A stretch of 64,000 nt of DNA, from assembly GCA_024654445.1 (NCBI GenBank), contig JANLHP010000022.1, forward strand, positions 15,332 through 79,331. Direction: 5' to 3'. Positions 19,392 to 28,083 of the stretch are shown one piece after another. A program made the position numbers and the translations under genes. This stretch comes from Candidatus Curtissbacteria bacterium. Its GTDB lineage: Bacteria > Patescibacteriota > Microgenomatia > Curtissbacterales > GWA2-41-24. Within the stretch, counting starts at the first letter, position 1; each line of letters starts with the position of its first letter. The notes below the pieces were generated by a model. That model was not told the DNA's origin. It saw nothing but the letters and a program-made list of their open reading frames with translations, and ran no database searches.

Positions 19392-20664
19392 CAAATTTTA
19401 AAACGACATATTTTAACTGAATCCGATCGATACCGGGATATACACCTATCCAAAAACCAGAATCCATAACGGCATTGCTGTTTGCAAGATCACCTATTAC
19501 TCTGTATTTTATCTTTGAATAAGCAGGATGTTTTAATAAATTGCCGGCAAAAAGACTTCGAGTTTCAATCATATTTGCTTGTAAGAAATTCACAATATCG
19601 AGTCTGGCAAAAGGCGCTTCCTTTCGAACAGTCAGCATAAAACCAAACCAGCAAGGAGCAGACTTTTCCAGCCATTGTGGAAAAACAAAAAACTCCTCGT
19701 ACCTTTTTAACTTTCTATATAGATAATCAAAATTACTTCTTCTTTTTTCTATAAACTTAGGCAGTTTGTCCAATTGAGCTAGACCGATAGCAGCTTGAAT
19801 GTCTGTAGCTTTTAAGTTGTAGCCAATATGAGAATATGTATACTTATGATCGTAGCCATAAGGCAACTTGCCTAACTGAAAGGAAAATCTTCGTCCACAA
19901 CGGTTGTCCTGTCCTGTCCTGCACCAACAGTCACGACCCCATTCACAAAAAGAATTGACAAGAACGTAAAGGTCCGGATTACTAGTGACAACTGCTCCTC
20001 CTTCACCCATTGTAATCTGGTGAGCAGGATAAAAGGAAAAAGTAGCAAGATCTCCAAAGGTCGAAACGTACTTCCCCTTATACTTTGACCCCAACGCATC
20101 GCAACAGTCCTCAATAATCCAAAGATTATTCTTTTTAGCAATAGAGATAACCTTGTCAATATCAAAAGGATTACCAAGCGTATGAGCAATCATAATCGCT
20201 TTAGTTTTTTTCGAAACCGCTTTCTCAATAAGCTCTGGGACAGCATTCCTACTTTGCAAATCGATGTCTACAAAAACTGGAATTGCTCCAAACTGAATGA
20301 TTGGGTTTACTGTTGTTGGAAAAGAGCAAGCAACTGTAATCACCTCGTCGCCCTTCCTGATACGTCTTGCGCCTAGCTTAGGGGAAGTTAGAGCGCTAAA
20401 AGCCGCTAAGTTAGCGCTGGAGCCGCTATTGGTGATAGTTACATATCGAACACCCAAAAATTTCGCAAGCTTTTTAGAAAACTCTTCCGCGAAGTGCCCC
20501 TCAGTCAACCAAAACTCGAGTGATGCCAGAACTGCCTTTTCAATTTCTTTCTCGTCAAAAACCCTGCCCGACACCTTAACTTGGGTTACACCGGGAATGA
20601 AAGCTTTTTTAAAATGAAATTTAGAAAAATAATCAGAAACGAGCGACTCAATTTTCCTTTGCAT
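19363..20664 (-). CDS. rfbH: CDP-4-keto-6-deoxyglucose 3-dehydrase (E1)
   Basis: NSGSSANL, EDCCDALG, SFYPAHQITMGEGG (His in place of Lys), WGRDCWC, YDHKY. Confidence 0.92.
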   Translation of the reverse strand: MQRKIESLVSDYFSKFHFKKAFIPGVTQVKVSGRVFDEKEIEKAVLASLEFWLTEGHFAEEFSKKLAKFLGVRYVTITNSGSSANLAAFSALTSPKLGARRIRKGDEVITVACSFPTTVNPIIQFGAIPVFVDIDLQSRNAVPELIEKAVSKKTKAIMIAHTLGNPFDIDKVISIAKKNNLWIIEDCCDALGSKYKGKYVSTFGDLATFSFYPAHQITMGEGGAVVTSNPDLYVLVNSFCEWGRDCWCRTGQDNRCGRRFSFQLGKLPYGYDHKYTYSHIGYNLKATDIQAAIGLAQLDKLPKFIEKRRSNFDYLYRKLKRYEEFFVFPQWLEKSAPCWFGFMLTVRKEAPFARLDIVNFLQANMIETRSLFAGNLLKHPAYSKIKYRVIGDLANSNAVMDSGFWIGVYPGIDRIQLKYVVLKFDEFLKKYIS

Positions 20665-20682
20665 TTTCTTCTTAAGGCCATT

Positions 20683-20691
20683 ATTATAGCA
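20683..20691 (-). promoter_or_regulatory. Extended -10 promoter (TGcTATAAT) for rfbH
   Basis: Perfect TGnTATAAT 18 nt upstream of the rfbH ATG, in a 42-bp divergent gap. Confidence 0.55.
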
Positions 20692-20706
20692 ATACTGCTC
20701 TCGTGC

Positions 20707-21651
20707 ATGAAAAAATCCAAAAAGTTAATAAGTATTGTTATTCCACTCTTTAACGAAGAACAAAACGTAAAAGAACTCCACAGACGATTTAAGCAACTAT
20801 TTACCAGAGAAAAAAAGTATGATTTCGAAATCATAGCTGTCGAGCATGGGTCAACAGATTCTACATTTGAAAAACTAAACAAGTTACGTCAAATCGATAA
20901 AAGAGTAAAGATTCTTCAACTCTCCAAAAATTTTGGTAACGCGGATGCGGGAATTGTCGCTGGTCTTCACTTTGCAAACGGTGACGCCGTTGTCATTACA
21001 ACGGCCGATTTACAGGATCCGCCGGAAGTTATTCCAAAATTTCTGAGAAAATGGGAGCAAGGCTATGAGATTGTTTACGGAGTAATTAAACAAAGGGCAG
21101 ATACTAATTTCTCCAGAAAGTTTTTGTCAATTTTATTTTATAAGATACTCAATCTATCCACAGGAAATATATTTCCTGAAAACGTTTCAGACTTCAGATT
21201 GATTGATAAAAAAGTCACCGAAACCGTTAAAGGAATGCCCGAACGAAACAAGTTTTTAAGAGGAATCATAATTTGGACAGGTTTTTCTCAAACTGGAGTT
21301 AATTACGAAAGGGCAACGAGATTCGCGGGGGAGTCAAAAGCCGACTTCCTAACAGTTTTGAAAGTTGCGGCAAACGGAATTTTTTCATTTTCTTACGCAC
21401 CGTTAAAATTGGTTACATTTCTTGGTTTTTGCCTGTCGCTAGTTTCTTTTTTGTTAATCTTGTACCAAATAAGCCTATTTTTAATTGTTGGTAGGGGGCA
21501 GCCCGGCGTCACAACGATAGTCGTTCTGATGGGATTTTTATTCGGGATGCTATTTTTAATATTGGGCGTGATAGGGGAGTACTTATCCAGGATTTATGAC
21601 GAAGTAAAACAGCGTCCGACTTTTATTGTTAGGAAAAAAATCGGTCTTTAA
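20707..21651 (+). CDS. Polyprenyl-phosphate glycosyltransferase (GT2, GtrB/YkoT-like)
   Basis: ISIVIPLFNEE, GSTD, LSKNFG, ADLQDPPE, SDFRLID and two C-terminal TMs. Start set at ATG 20707. Confidence 0.85.
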   Translation: MKKSKKLISIVIPLFNEEQNVKELHRRFKQLFTREKKYDFEIIAVEHGSTDSTFEKLNKLRQIDKRVKILQLSKNFGNADAGIVAGLHFANGDAVVITTADLQDPPEVIPKFLRKWEQGYEIVYGVIKQRADTNFSRKFLSILFYKILNLSTGNIFPENVSDFRLIDKKVTETVKGMPERNKFLRGIIIWTGFSQTGVNYERATRFAGESKADFLTVLKVAANGIFSFSYAPLKLVTFLGFCLSLVSFLLILYQISLFLIVGRGQPGVTTIVVLMGFLFGMLFLILGVIGEYLSRIYDEVKQRPTFIVRKKIGL

Positions 21652-22535
21652 AAATAATCCTTGATCAAATCTTTGTTTTTAATCTTGTCTTTACGCTTAA
21701 AGTACCATTCATACAGCATGTTTATTGCTTCATTAATGTCTGTAAACTTTATATCCCTAAACTCATTTCTGAGTCGCAAATTGGAAGCCGTATATTCGGG
21801 GGATAAGCCAGTCTTACGTACTCTTATTGGAACTTCGCCTTTTGAGATCGAATTAATTTTTTTGGCAACAGTTATCAAGTCTGTACCCTTCCCAGATGTT
21901 ATGTTGTAAGTTTTATATTTGAGTTTAGTTTTCAAAAATAGCTCTAAAATTCTGACTAGATCATCGATATACAGATAGTCCATAATAATATTCTGATTAA
22001 CATCAATCGGCATATTTAAAATACTTTTGCATATAGAATTAGAAATAAACCTAATTCTGTAGTCTTCATATTTCCCGAAAACCCCAAACAATCTCAAATT
22101 CACAAACTTGTTAGAATCTTCTACATACTTTGCGCAAATATATTTGTACAACCCCCAATTACTCGCGGGAACTAGTTTTCCAAAATCGACTTCACCAGCG
22201 CGCCTGATAGGTTTCTCTTTACCGTATTCAATTCCCGAGCCAAAGTAAAAAAAACGTTTAAAATACTTATCCTGTGATGCAAGGTTAAAAAACATCCTGA
22301 GACTATCCAGCGCAAACTCTCTCGAGTCACCAGTCATTCTATTACCGCCAATTATTGCTGTGTGCAAAACCGCATCAAACGGCCCGTATTTAGAAAAATA
22401 TTTATTTACCAACTCGAAATCTAAAAGATTAAGTTGCTTGTGAGAAGGTGAATAGAAATTATATTTGCCACCAAGACCTCCCAAAACATTTTTCCCAATA
22501 AACCCGCTGCCGCCACTCAAAAAAATTTTCCGCAT
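21648..22535 (-). CDS. NAD-dependent epimerase/reductase (extended SDR; YerF/abequose-synthase-like role)
   Basis: SGGSGFIG, GSGIEYG, RLFGVFG, DYLYIDD. The catalytic YxxxK position reads WGLYK. Confidence 0.7.
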   Translation of the reverse strand: MRKIFLSGGSGFIGKNVLGGLGGKYNFYSPSHKQLNLLDFELVNKYFSKYGPFDAVLHTAIIGGNRMTGDSREFALDSLRMFFNLASQDKYFKRFFYFGSGIEYGKEKPIRRAGEVDFGKLVPASNWGLYKYICAKYVEDSNKFVNLRLFGVFGKYEDYRIRFISNSICKSILNMPIDVNQNIIMDYLYIDDLVRILELFLKTKLKYKTYNITSGKGTDLITVAKKINSISKGEVPIRVRKTGLSPEYTASNLRLRNEFRDIKFTDINEAINMLYEWYFKRKDKIKNKDLIKDYF

Positions 22536-22546
22536 AACGCTAGTTT

Positions 22547-24331
22547 TTAAACCTTCTTTGAAGAAGACATATTTTGGAGAAGCTCGTCTTTTTCTAAGAA
22601 AGGAAAAAGATCTTCATAAGGTCTTGACACAAAAGAACCGTCTGGCCTTCTTTCAGAAGCGACCCTCGGTATGATTAATTGCCAATGTGGCGACATAACT
22701 TCGCATAAAACAGGATCATCTCCCTCGAGCGCCATTTTTATCTTTTCATCTACTGCAGTAGTCGACGGAATCTTAACAAAACGCAAGCCATAAGCTTGCG
22801 CAATTTTTTCTAAGTCTGGACACAACAAACCACTCTTCGGACTCTCACCCATAAACCTCCCGCCTAAATGCGTTTTTTGCGTATGCCTAATTAAAAGATA
22901 ACCGCCGTTATTTATGACAAATATTTTGATTGGCAATTTATTTTGCTTGACTGTCGCCAGCTCCTGAATATTCATCTGCAAACTACCGTCACCCGTAATG
23001 ATTATGGTTCTCTTGCCGCTACCTATGCATGCTCCAATTCCGGCGGGCCAATAACCCATTGTCGAAATTCCGCCTGTCGTTAAAAATCTTTGACCAGACT
23101 TGATCATCCATGTTTGGGAAGCAACGTGGAAAATAGAACTTGTGTCAACAACTACGACATCCCCACGAGAAGCTAAGTCCGAAAGCTTCTCTGTAAAATA
23201 ATATGAGTTTACCAGCTTTTGTTTTTTGTAACTTGGTAAAACCATAGGATATTTTTTTCGCCACGCCTGACATGTTTTTCGCCACGCCTCGTGTTTTCCA
23301 GGCTCGTTAAATTTGCCAATTTGCAAAAACTCGCTCAAAAATTTCTTGGCATCAGTGTTTACCGTAATGTCTATATCTGCCCCTGGCTTTTCCAGTTCTT
23401 TTTTATCAACATCAACTGAAACTTTAAAAGCATTTCTTCCCCAGTCACCTGCATCGTATCCCACAATGCCGGTATCCAACCTCGCCCCAATAGAAATTAT
23501 AAAATCAGCATTCTGTACCGCAAAATTTGCCGCTCGATCGGCGTAAAGACCTGGCCTCCCAACAAAAAGTGGATTATCGCTTTCGATAAGGTCGATACCC
23601 AACCTTGTGGTTACTACCGGCACACCAAGCTTTTCATATAAAATTCTCAATTCTTCCTCAGCCCCTGCTATTCTGACCCCCTGCCCAACAAGTAAAAGGG
23701 GCCTTTTGCTTTGGCTGAAAACGGAGTAAATCTTTTTAAGCTCAGAGCTTGTGACTTGAGATATCATATTGGTGCTTTGTTCGTATTGCTTGAGTAGTTT
23801 TACAGGTACTTCCATGCGTTGAATGTCGAGAGGAACTTCAATCCAGACAGGCCCTTTTCTTCCTGACGTTGCTGCCAGGTAAGCTTCCTCCAGATTATAT
23901 CTGACATCTGAAGGATCATCTAACGTTTTAAAGTATTTGGTAACGTTCTTAACAATCGGTTCTATATTTATTCCCTGAAGGCCTAATTGTCTAATTTTAG
24001 TTTTTTGCATATAGGAAACATTGGCAAGCGAAGACTGGCCGGAGATGACCATCATTGGTGCAGAATCGACCCAGGCGCCAACAACGCCGTTTAATGCGTT
24101 TATCGCGCCAGGCCCGGCTGTAACCATAGCAACTCCAAGTTTACCGGTAATACGACCGTACGCTTCGGCTGCCATGCCGGCTGCCTGTTCATGATGGACA
24201 AAAATCCCATCAATCTTTTTATTTTTATACACGGCATCATTTAAGAACATAGCCTGACCGCCCGTTATCATAAAAACGTGTTTAACTAGTAAATCTGACA
24301 AGAATTTTACGATATAATCGGCAACCGTCAT
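22547..24331 (-). CDS. ThDP-dependent acetolactate-synthase-like carboligase (YerE-like)
   Basis: HHEQAAGMAAE, TAGPG, GPVWIEVPLDIQ, TGDGSLQMN, NNGGY; lies among CDP-sugar genes. Confidence 0.8.
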   Translation of the reverse strand: MTVADYIVKFLSDLLVKHVFMITGGQAMFLNDAVYKNKKIDGIFVHHEQAAGMAAEAYGRITGKLGVAMVTAGPGAINALNGVVGAWVDSAPMMVISGQSSLANVSYMQKTKIRQLGLQGINIEPIVKNVTKYFKTLDDPSDVRYNLEEAYLAATSGRKGPVWIEVPLDIQRMEVPVKLLKQYEQSTNMISQVTSSELKKIYSVFSQSKRPLLLVGQGVRIAGAEEELRILYEKLGVPVVTTRLGIDLIESDNPLFVGRPGLYADRAANFAVQNADFIISIGARLDTGIVGYDAGDWGRNAFKVSVDVDKKELEKPGADIDITVNTDAKKFLSEFLQIGKFNEPGKHEAWRKTCQAWRKKYPMVLPSYKKQKLVNSYYFTEKLSDLASRGDVVVVDTSSIFHVASQTWMIKSGQRFLTTGGISTMGYWPAGIGACIGSGKRTIIITGDGSLQMNIQELATVKQNKLPIKIFVINNGGYLLIRHTQKTHLGGRFMGESPKSGLLCPDLEKIAQAYGLRFVKIPSTTAVDEKIKMALEGDDPVLCEVMSPHWQLIIPRVASERRPDGSFVSRPYEDLFPFLEKDELLQNMSSSKKV

Positions 24332-24337
24332 TATTTC

Positions 24338-24389
24338 TTTTTTCGAACCTGCTTGCCTCGCTCCGCTTGCGAAGCGGGTCGAGAAAAAA
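24338..24389. repeat. Intergenic palindrome containing a GCGAAGC mini-hairpin motif
   Basis: CCGCTT-GCG-AAGCGG, nested in the imperfect inverted repeat TTTTTTCGAACCTGCTT / AAGCGGGTCGAGAAAAAA. Confidence 0.55.
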
Positions 24390-24398
24390 CGAACTTTT

Positions 24399-25469
24399 TC
24401 AAATTAGTGCCTCGATCAAATCTATTTGTTTTTTCAATACCCTTTTTTGCTTAAGAAGCATTGCGACCTCAATAATGATATCTTCTTGCCCCGCAACTAC
24501 CTTACGTTTTCCAAGCTCAATTAGTATATCCCTTGGGTCAACCCCAAACCTTTCAGCTACCCTTTTTGCGTGTGGCGCAAAGCCCGAAAAAACCCCAGCT
24601 AAGCCGCTTGTTAGGGAAATCGAACTAATTATTTGAGGCTTTTTCATAATTTTTGCAATTATGTCCTCGCTGTTGTCCATTAACTTATAAAGGTCGAGAT
24701 CTATGGGATAACCCATTTTGAAAAGCACTGCAACCAAGACTTCCAATTGACAGTTTCCTGCTCCGGCGCCGAGTCCCCGCGAACATGTATCAAGAATTTT
24801 AGCGCCAGCTAGAAGAGCCGTCACGGTATTCCATACAGCAAGTGAAAGATTATTGTGTGCATGAAATCCGACGTCTATTTTAAGACCGCTAGCTAAAGTT
24901 TTTACCTTCTCGCTAACGTCGCCCGGCAGATAAGCCCCCGCCGAATCCATAAGCAAAACGCCAGATGCACCATACTCCTGCATCAAAAGGGCTTGCGCAA
25001 GGAGTTCTTTGGCGCTGATCATGTGCGACATCATTAAAACTCCATAAACAGTAATTCCACGTCCACAGATGTATTCAATATGTTGCCTCGTAACTGTAGC
25101 TTCCGTGCAGTGGCAGGCAACCATCATTACGTCAACTCCAACAGAAATGGCAGGTTCAACATTTTCCTTGATCGTTCCAAACCCTGGTATCAAAAAAGCG
25201 CCGAGTTTTGTATTTTTGAGTTGCTTGCGTGCGACCCTTAACATTTCATTATCCGAAAGAAGCGAGATACCCAACTGAAGACTCGAGGCGCCCAAACCGT
25301 TTCCGTGGCCAACCATCAAAATTGGTATTTTTGCGTCTTCCGCACCTTTTGAATAATTCGAAATGTCTTCTGCCGTAAACTGGTGAGAAACAGCATGCGA
25401 ACCATCTCTTAGTGTTGAATCTACAATAATCGGGCTAAGTTTCTTTTTGTCAGATCTTGCGTTTGGCAT
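24399..25469 (-). CDS. dmpG: 4-hydroxy-2-oxovalerate aldolase
   Basis: DSTLRDGSHA, GHGNGLGASS, HCTEA, GFHAHNNL, GLGAGAGN, VAGQED. Confidence 0.9.
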   Translation of the reverse strand: MPNARSDKKKLSPIIVDSTLRDGSHAVSHQFTAEDISNYSKGAEDAKIPILMVGHGNGLGASSLQLGISLLSDNEMLRVARKQLKNTKLGAFLIPGFGTIKENVEPAISVGVDVMMVACHCTEATVTRQHIEYICGRGITVYGVLMMSHMISAKELLAQALLMQEYGASGVLLMDSAGAYLPGDVSEKVKTLASGLKIDVGFHAHNNLSLAVWNTVTALLAGAKILDTCSRGLGAGAGNCQLEVLVAVLFKMGYPIDLDLYKLMDNSEDIIAKIMKKPQIISSISLTSGLAGVFSGFAPHAKRVAERFGVDPRDILIELGKRKVVAGQEDIIIEVAMLLKQKRVLKKQIDLIEALI

Positions 25470-26319
25470 ATTCTTCGGCGACTAAAACAGCAGCGCTGTT
25501 TATAATATCCAAATTACCCGCATAAGTTGGTAAAAAATCTCCTCTCCCTAAAACCTCGTTCATAAACGTAAGACGGCCATTTTCAGTTACTGGCTTCATC
25601 GTTAGTTTGTATCCGGGTACGTACTTCCTTATTTCGAAAATAAATTTATTAAGTTCTTTCTCGATTAATTTTATTTTCGGTTTTGCGACTTTTGCAAAAA
25701 TCGTGTTATGCATCACAATCGGCGGCTCGGAAGGGTTAAGGATAATAATCGCTTTCGCGCCTTTAACATGTGTAAATTTTTGGATCGCGTCGCTTGTCGT
25801 TTGCGTATATTCATCAATATTATTTCTAGTGCCAATTCCAGCGGATCTTGACGCAATACTGGCAACAATTTCTACATATTCAATTTCCGGATGTATCTTC
25901 ATTAGGGCGGTAACCAATGGGGTAGTAGCTTGTCCTCCACACGTGACCATATTTACGTTTTTTTCCCTCAGACCTTCTTCTAAATTTAAAATCGGAATAC
26001 ACATTTTGCCTACCCTTGAAGGTGTCATATCGATCGTGAATTTACCGAGCTTTGCAAGAATTGGTGCGTGAACTTTATGTGCCTCCGCGCTTGTTGCATC
26101 AAAAACTATCTCACAAAAGTCAGGATTTTTAACAATCGAGTTAATCGAGTCGTAAGAAGTATTAACTCCCATCGCCTTTGCTCTCTTTATTCCTTCGGAC
26201 ATCATATTGTGTCCGGCAAAAATCCCACAATCCAAAAGTTTGGACCTCCTAATCTTCATTAAAAGATCTGATCCGATGTTTCCTGTACCAATTATTCCGA
26301 CCTTAATCCGCTTACTCAT
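25450..26319 (-). CDS. dmpF: Acetaldehyde dehydrogenase (acylating)
   Basis: IIGTGNIGSDL, FDATSA..H, NMVTCGGQAT, SAGIGTR.NIDEY, YAGNLDI. Start set at ATG 26319. Confidence 0.9.
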   Translation of the reverse strand: MSKRIKVGIIGTGNIGSDLLMKIRRSKLLDCGIFAGHNMMSEGIKRAKAMGVNTSYDSINSIVKNPDFCEIVFDATSAEAHKVHAPILAKLGKFTIDMTPSRVGKMCIPILNLEEGLREKNVNMVTCGGQATTPLVTALMKIHPEIEYVEIVASIASRSAGIGTRNNIDEYTQTTSDAIQKFTHVKGAKAIIILNPSEPPIVMHNTIFAKVAKPKIKLIEKELNKFIFEIRKYVPGYKLTMKPVTENGRLTFMNEVLGRGDFLPTYAGNLDIINSAAVLVAEEYAKRKI

Positions 26320-26365
26320 CGACTTTGTAAAACTCGGGAAAACTATTGTACACCTCAAAAGGAAA

Positions 26366-27322
26366 CTAATGAAGATCGAAATACTCTCGATACCATGTTA
26401 ATATGTCTCCCATTGAAGTTTTAAAGTTGTGATTTGGCTTCCAGCCAAAAGCTTTTCTTATTTTATTAAAATTTACAGATTGGGTCGGTATTTCGTTTAC
26501 AGCGGTAGAAAGAATCCTATATTTGATTTTCTCACCAAGAATGTTTTCGACACGCTTTACAACGTCAATAACAGAAAGGTTTTCAAGGGAAGAAACATTA
26601 AAAGCTTCTCCTTGTACCTTTGATATATTGTTCGCAAGAGTCAATGTGGCGTCAACAACGTCTTTTACGTAAACATAGTCACGAATATACTTTCCATTGC
26701 TTCTTATTTTTAACTCTTTATTTTTAACAACAGACTCCATTATTCCCGGAATTAGTCTGTTGAAATTTAAATCACCCTCGCCGTAGACATTCCCAAAACG
26801 CGTGACAACAACCGGCAAGTTGTAAGTTTTAAAATAAGACCTTGCAATTAAATCTGCTGAGGACTTAGACACTTCATAAGGATGATCGCCCGAGATGGGA
26901 TTTTTCTCACTTACCCTCGGCAGCTTGCCGTATGCCTTGTCTGTTGACGTAAACAAGACGCCCTCCACCTTTCCATACAGCCTGCAAGACTCAAGAACAT
27001 TTGTGGTACCAACAACATTCGAAATAACAGTTTGCCGGGGGTTATGAAAGGCGGCATCAACTGTAGTTACGGCAGCAAGATGAAAAACCAAATCGATTTC
27101 ATTTTTGGTGATGACGGAATTTATATGATCAAAATTCCCAATATCACAATATTCAAAAACTACTTTCTCGTCAAGCTTTTGTTGAAGGAAATAAGATTTT
27201 GGGTGTATCAGCAAATCTGTTACAAAAACATTGCACCCCAGATTCACCAACCGTTCTACTAAATGTCCTCCGTAAAAACCGCAGCCTCCGGTGACTAATA
27301 CATTTTTCCCCCTTAGCGCCAT
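26366..27322 (-). CDS. rfbG: CDP-glucose 4,6-dehydratase-like
   Basis: VTGGCGFYG, STDKAYG, HPYEVSK, RFGNVYGEGD; directly downstream of rfbF. Confidence 0.72.
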   Translation of the reverse strand: MALRGKNVLVTGGCGFYGGHLVERLVNLGCNVFVTDLLIHPKSYFLQQKLDEKVVFEYCDIGNFDHINSVITKNEIDLVFHLAAVTTVDAAFHNPRQTVISNVVGTTNVLESCRLYGKVEGVLFTSTDKAYGKLPRVSEKNPISGDHPYEVSKSSADLIARSYFKTYNLPVVVTRFGNVYGEGDLNFNRLIPGIMESVVKNKELKIRSNGKYIRDYVYVKDVVDATLTLANNISKVQGEAFNVSSLENLSVIDVVKRVENILGEKIKYRILSTAVNEIPTQSVNFNKIRKAFGWKPNHNFKTSMGDILTWYREYFDLH

Positions 27323-28083
27323 ATTTTCCAGGCAGGATTTTCCCTCCACATCTCGTTTAAATCGTTCATGTCCTGGTAAGTATCCATCGCGTGGAAAAAT
27401 CCGCGATGCTCATACAAAGCTAATTGTCTCTTACTAACAAGTGGCTCAAAAACTTCTTCAATCATCGAATCTGGTTTTATGTAGTTGAACACACCCTTTT
27501 TAAAAACCATAAACCCTCCGTTGATCAATTGTCTTATCTTGGCCTTTTTCTCAAAATCGCTAACTAGGCCGTCTCCGTTGGCATCCAGACCTCCATATTT
27601 GAGTTGCGGATAAACACCAGTCACGGTCCCAAGTGTTTTTTTACGCATATGAAATTTAACTAAATCGCGGATGTTGATGTCGGAAAGCCCGTCACCATAA
27701 GTCACCATAAAATAATTCCCATCTATATAATTCTTAACTCTTCTTAACCTCTCACCTGTCTTCGATTCAAGGCCAGTGTCGACAAAGGTAATATTCATTT
27801 TCTCCAGCAAACCGTTCTTGTGCTTTACCTTATGCGTTGAAGTATTTATCGTGAAGTCGTTATCGTAGTATTTCTTATTTATAAAATAATCTTTTACTAA
27901 GTTACCTTTGTATCCCAGGGCAATGATAAAATCATTAAACCCCCAGTGTGAGTACATTTTCAAAATGTGCCAGAGAATTGGCCTTCCGCCGACTTCGACC
28001 ATAGGCTTTGGTTTAAATTCTGTTTCCTCTTTTAACCTGTAACCTATGCCTCCGCAAAGAATAACCGTTTTAATTTTTGCCAT
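27313..28083 (-). CDS. rfbF: Glucose-1-phosphate cytidylyltransferase
   Basis: LCGG.G.RLKEETEFKPKPMV, VDTG...TG.R, TYGDG, INGGF, MDT. Confidence 0.9.
   Translation of the reverse strand: MAKIKTVILCGGIGYRLKEETEFKPKPMVEVGGRPILWHILKMYSHWGFNDFIIALGYKGNLVKDYFINKKYYDNDFTINTSTHKVKHKNGLLEKMNITFVDTGLESKTGERLRRVKNYIDGNYFMVTYGDGLSDINIRDLVKFHMRKKTLGTVTGVYPQLKYGGLDANGDGLVSDFEKKAKIRQLINGGFMVFKKGVFNYIKPDSMIEEVFEPLVSKRQLALYEHRGFFHAMDTYQDMNDLNEMWRENPAWKIWR

Noticed and set aside
24399-26319. dmpFG as evidence of aromatic catabolism
   Set aside because: No dioxygenase, hydrolase or hydratase is nearby, and the genes are embedded in an NDP-sugar operon.
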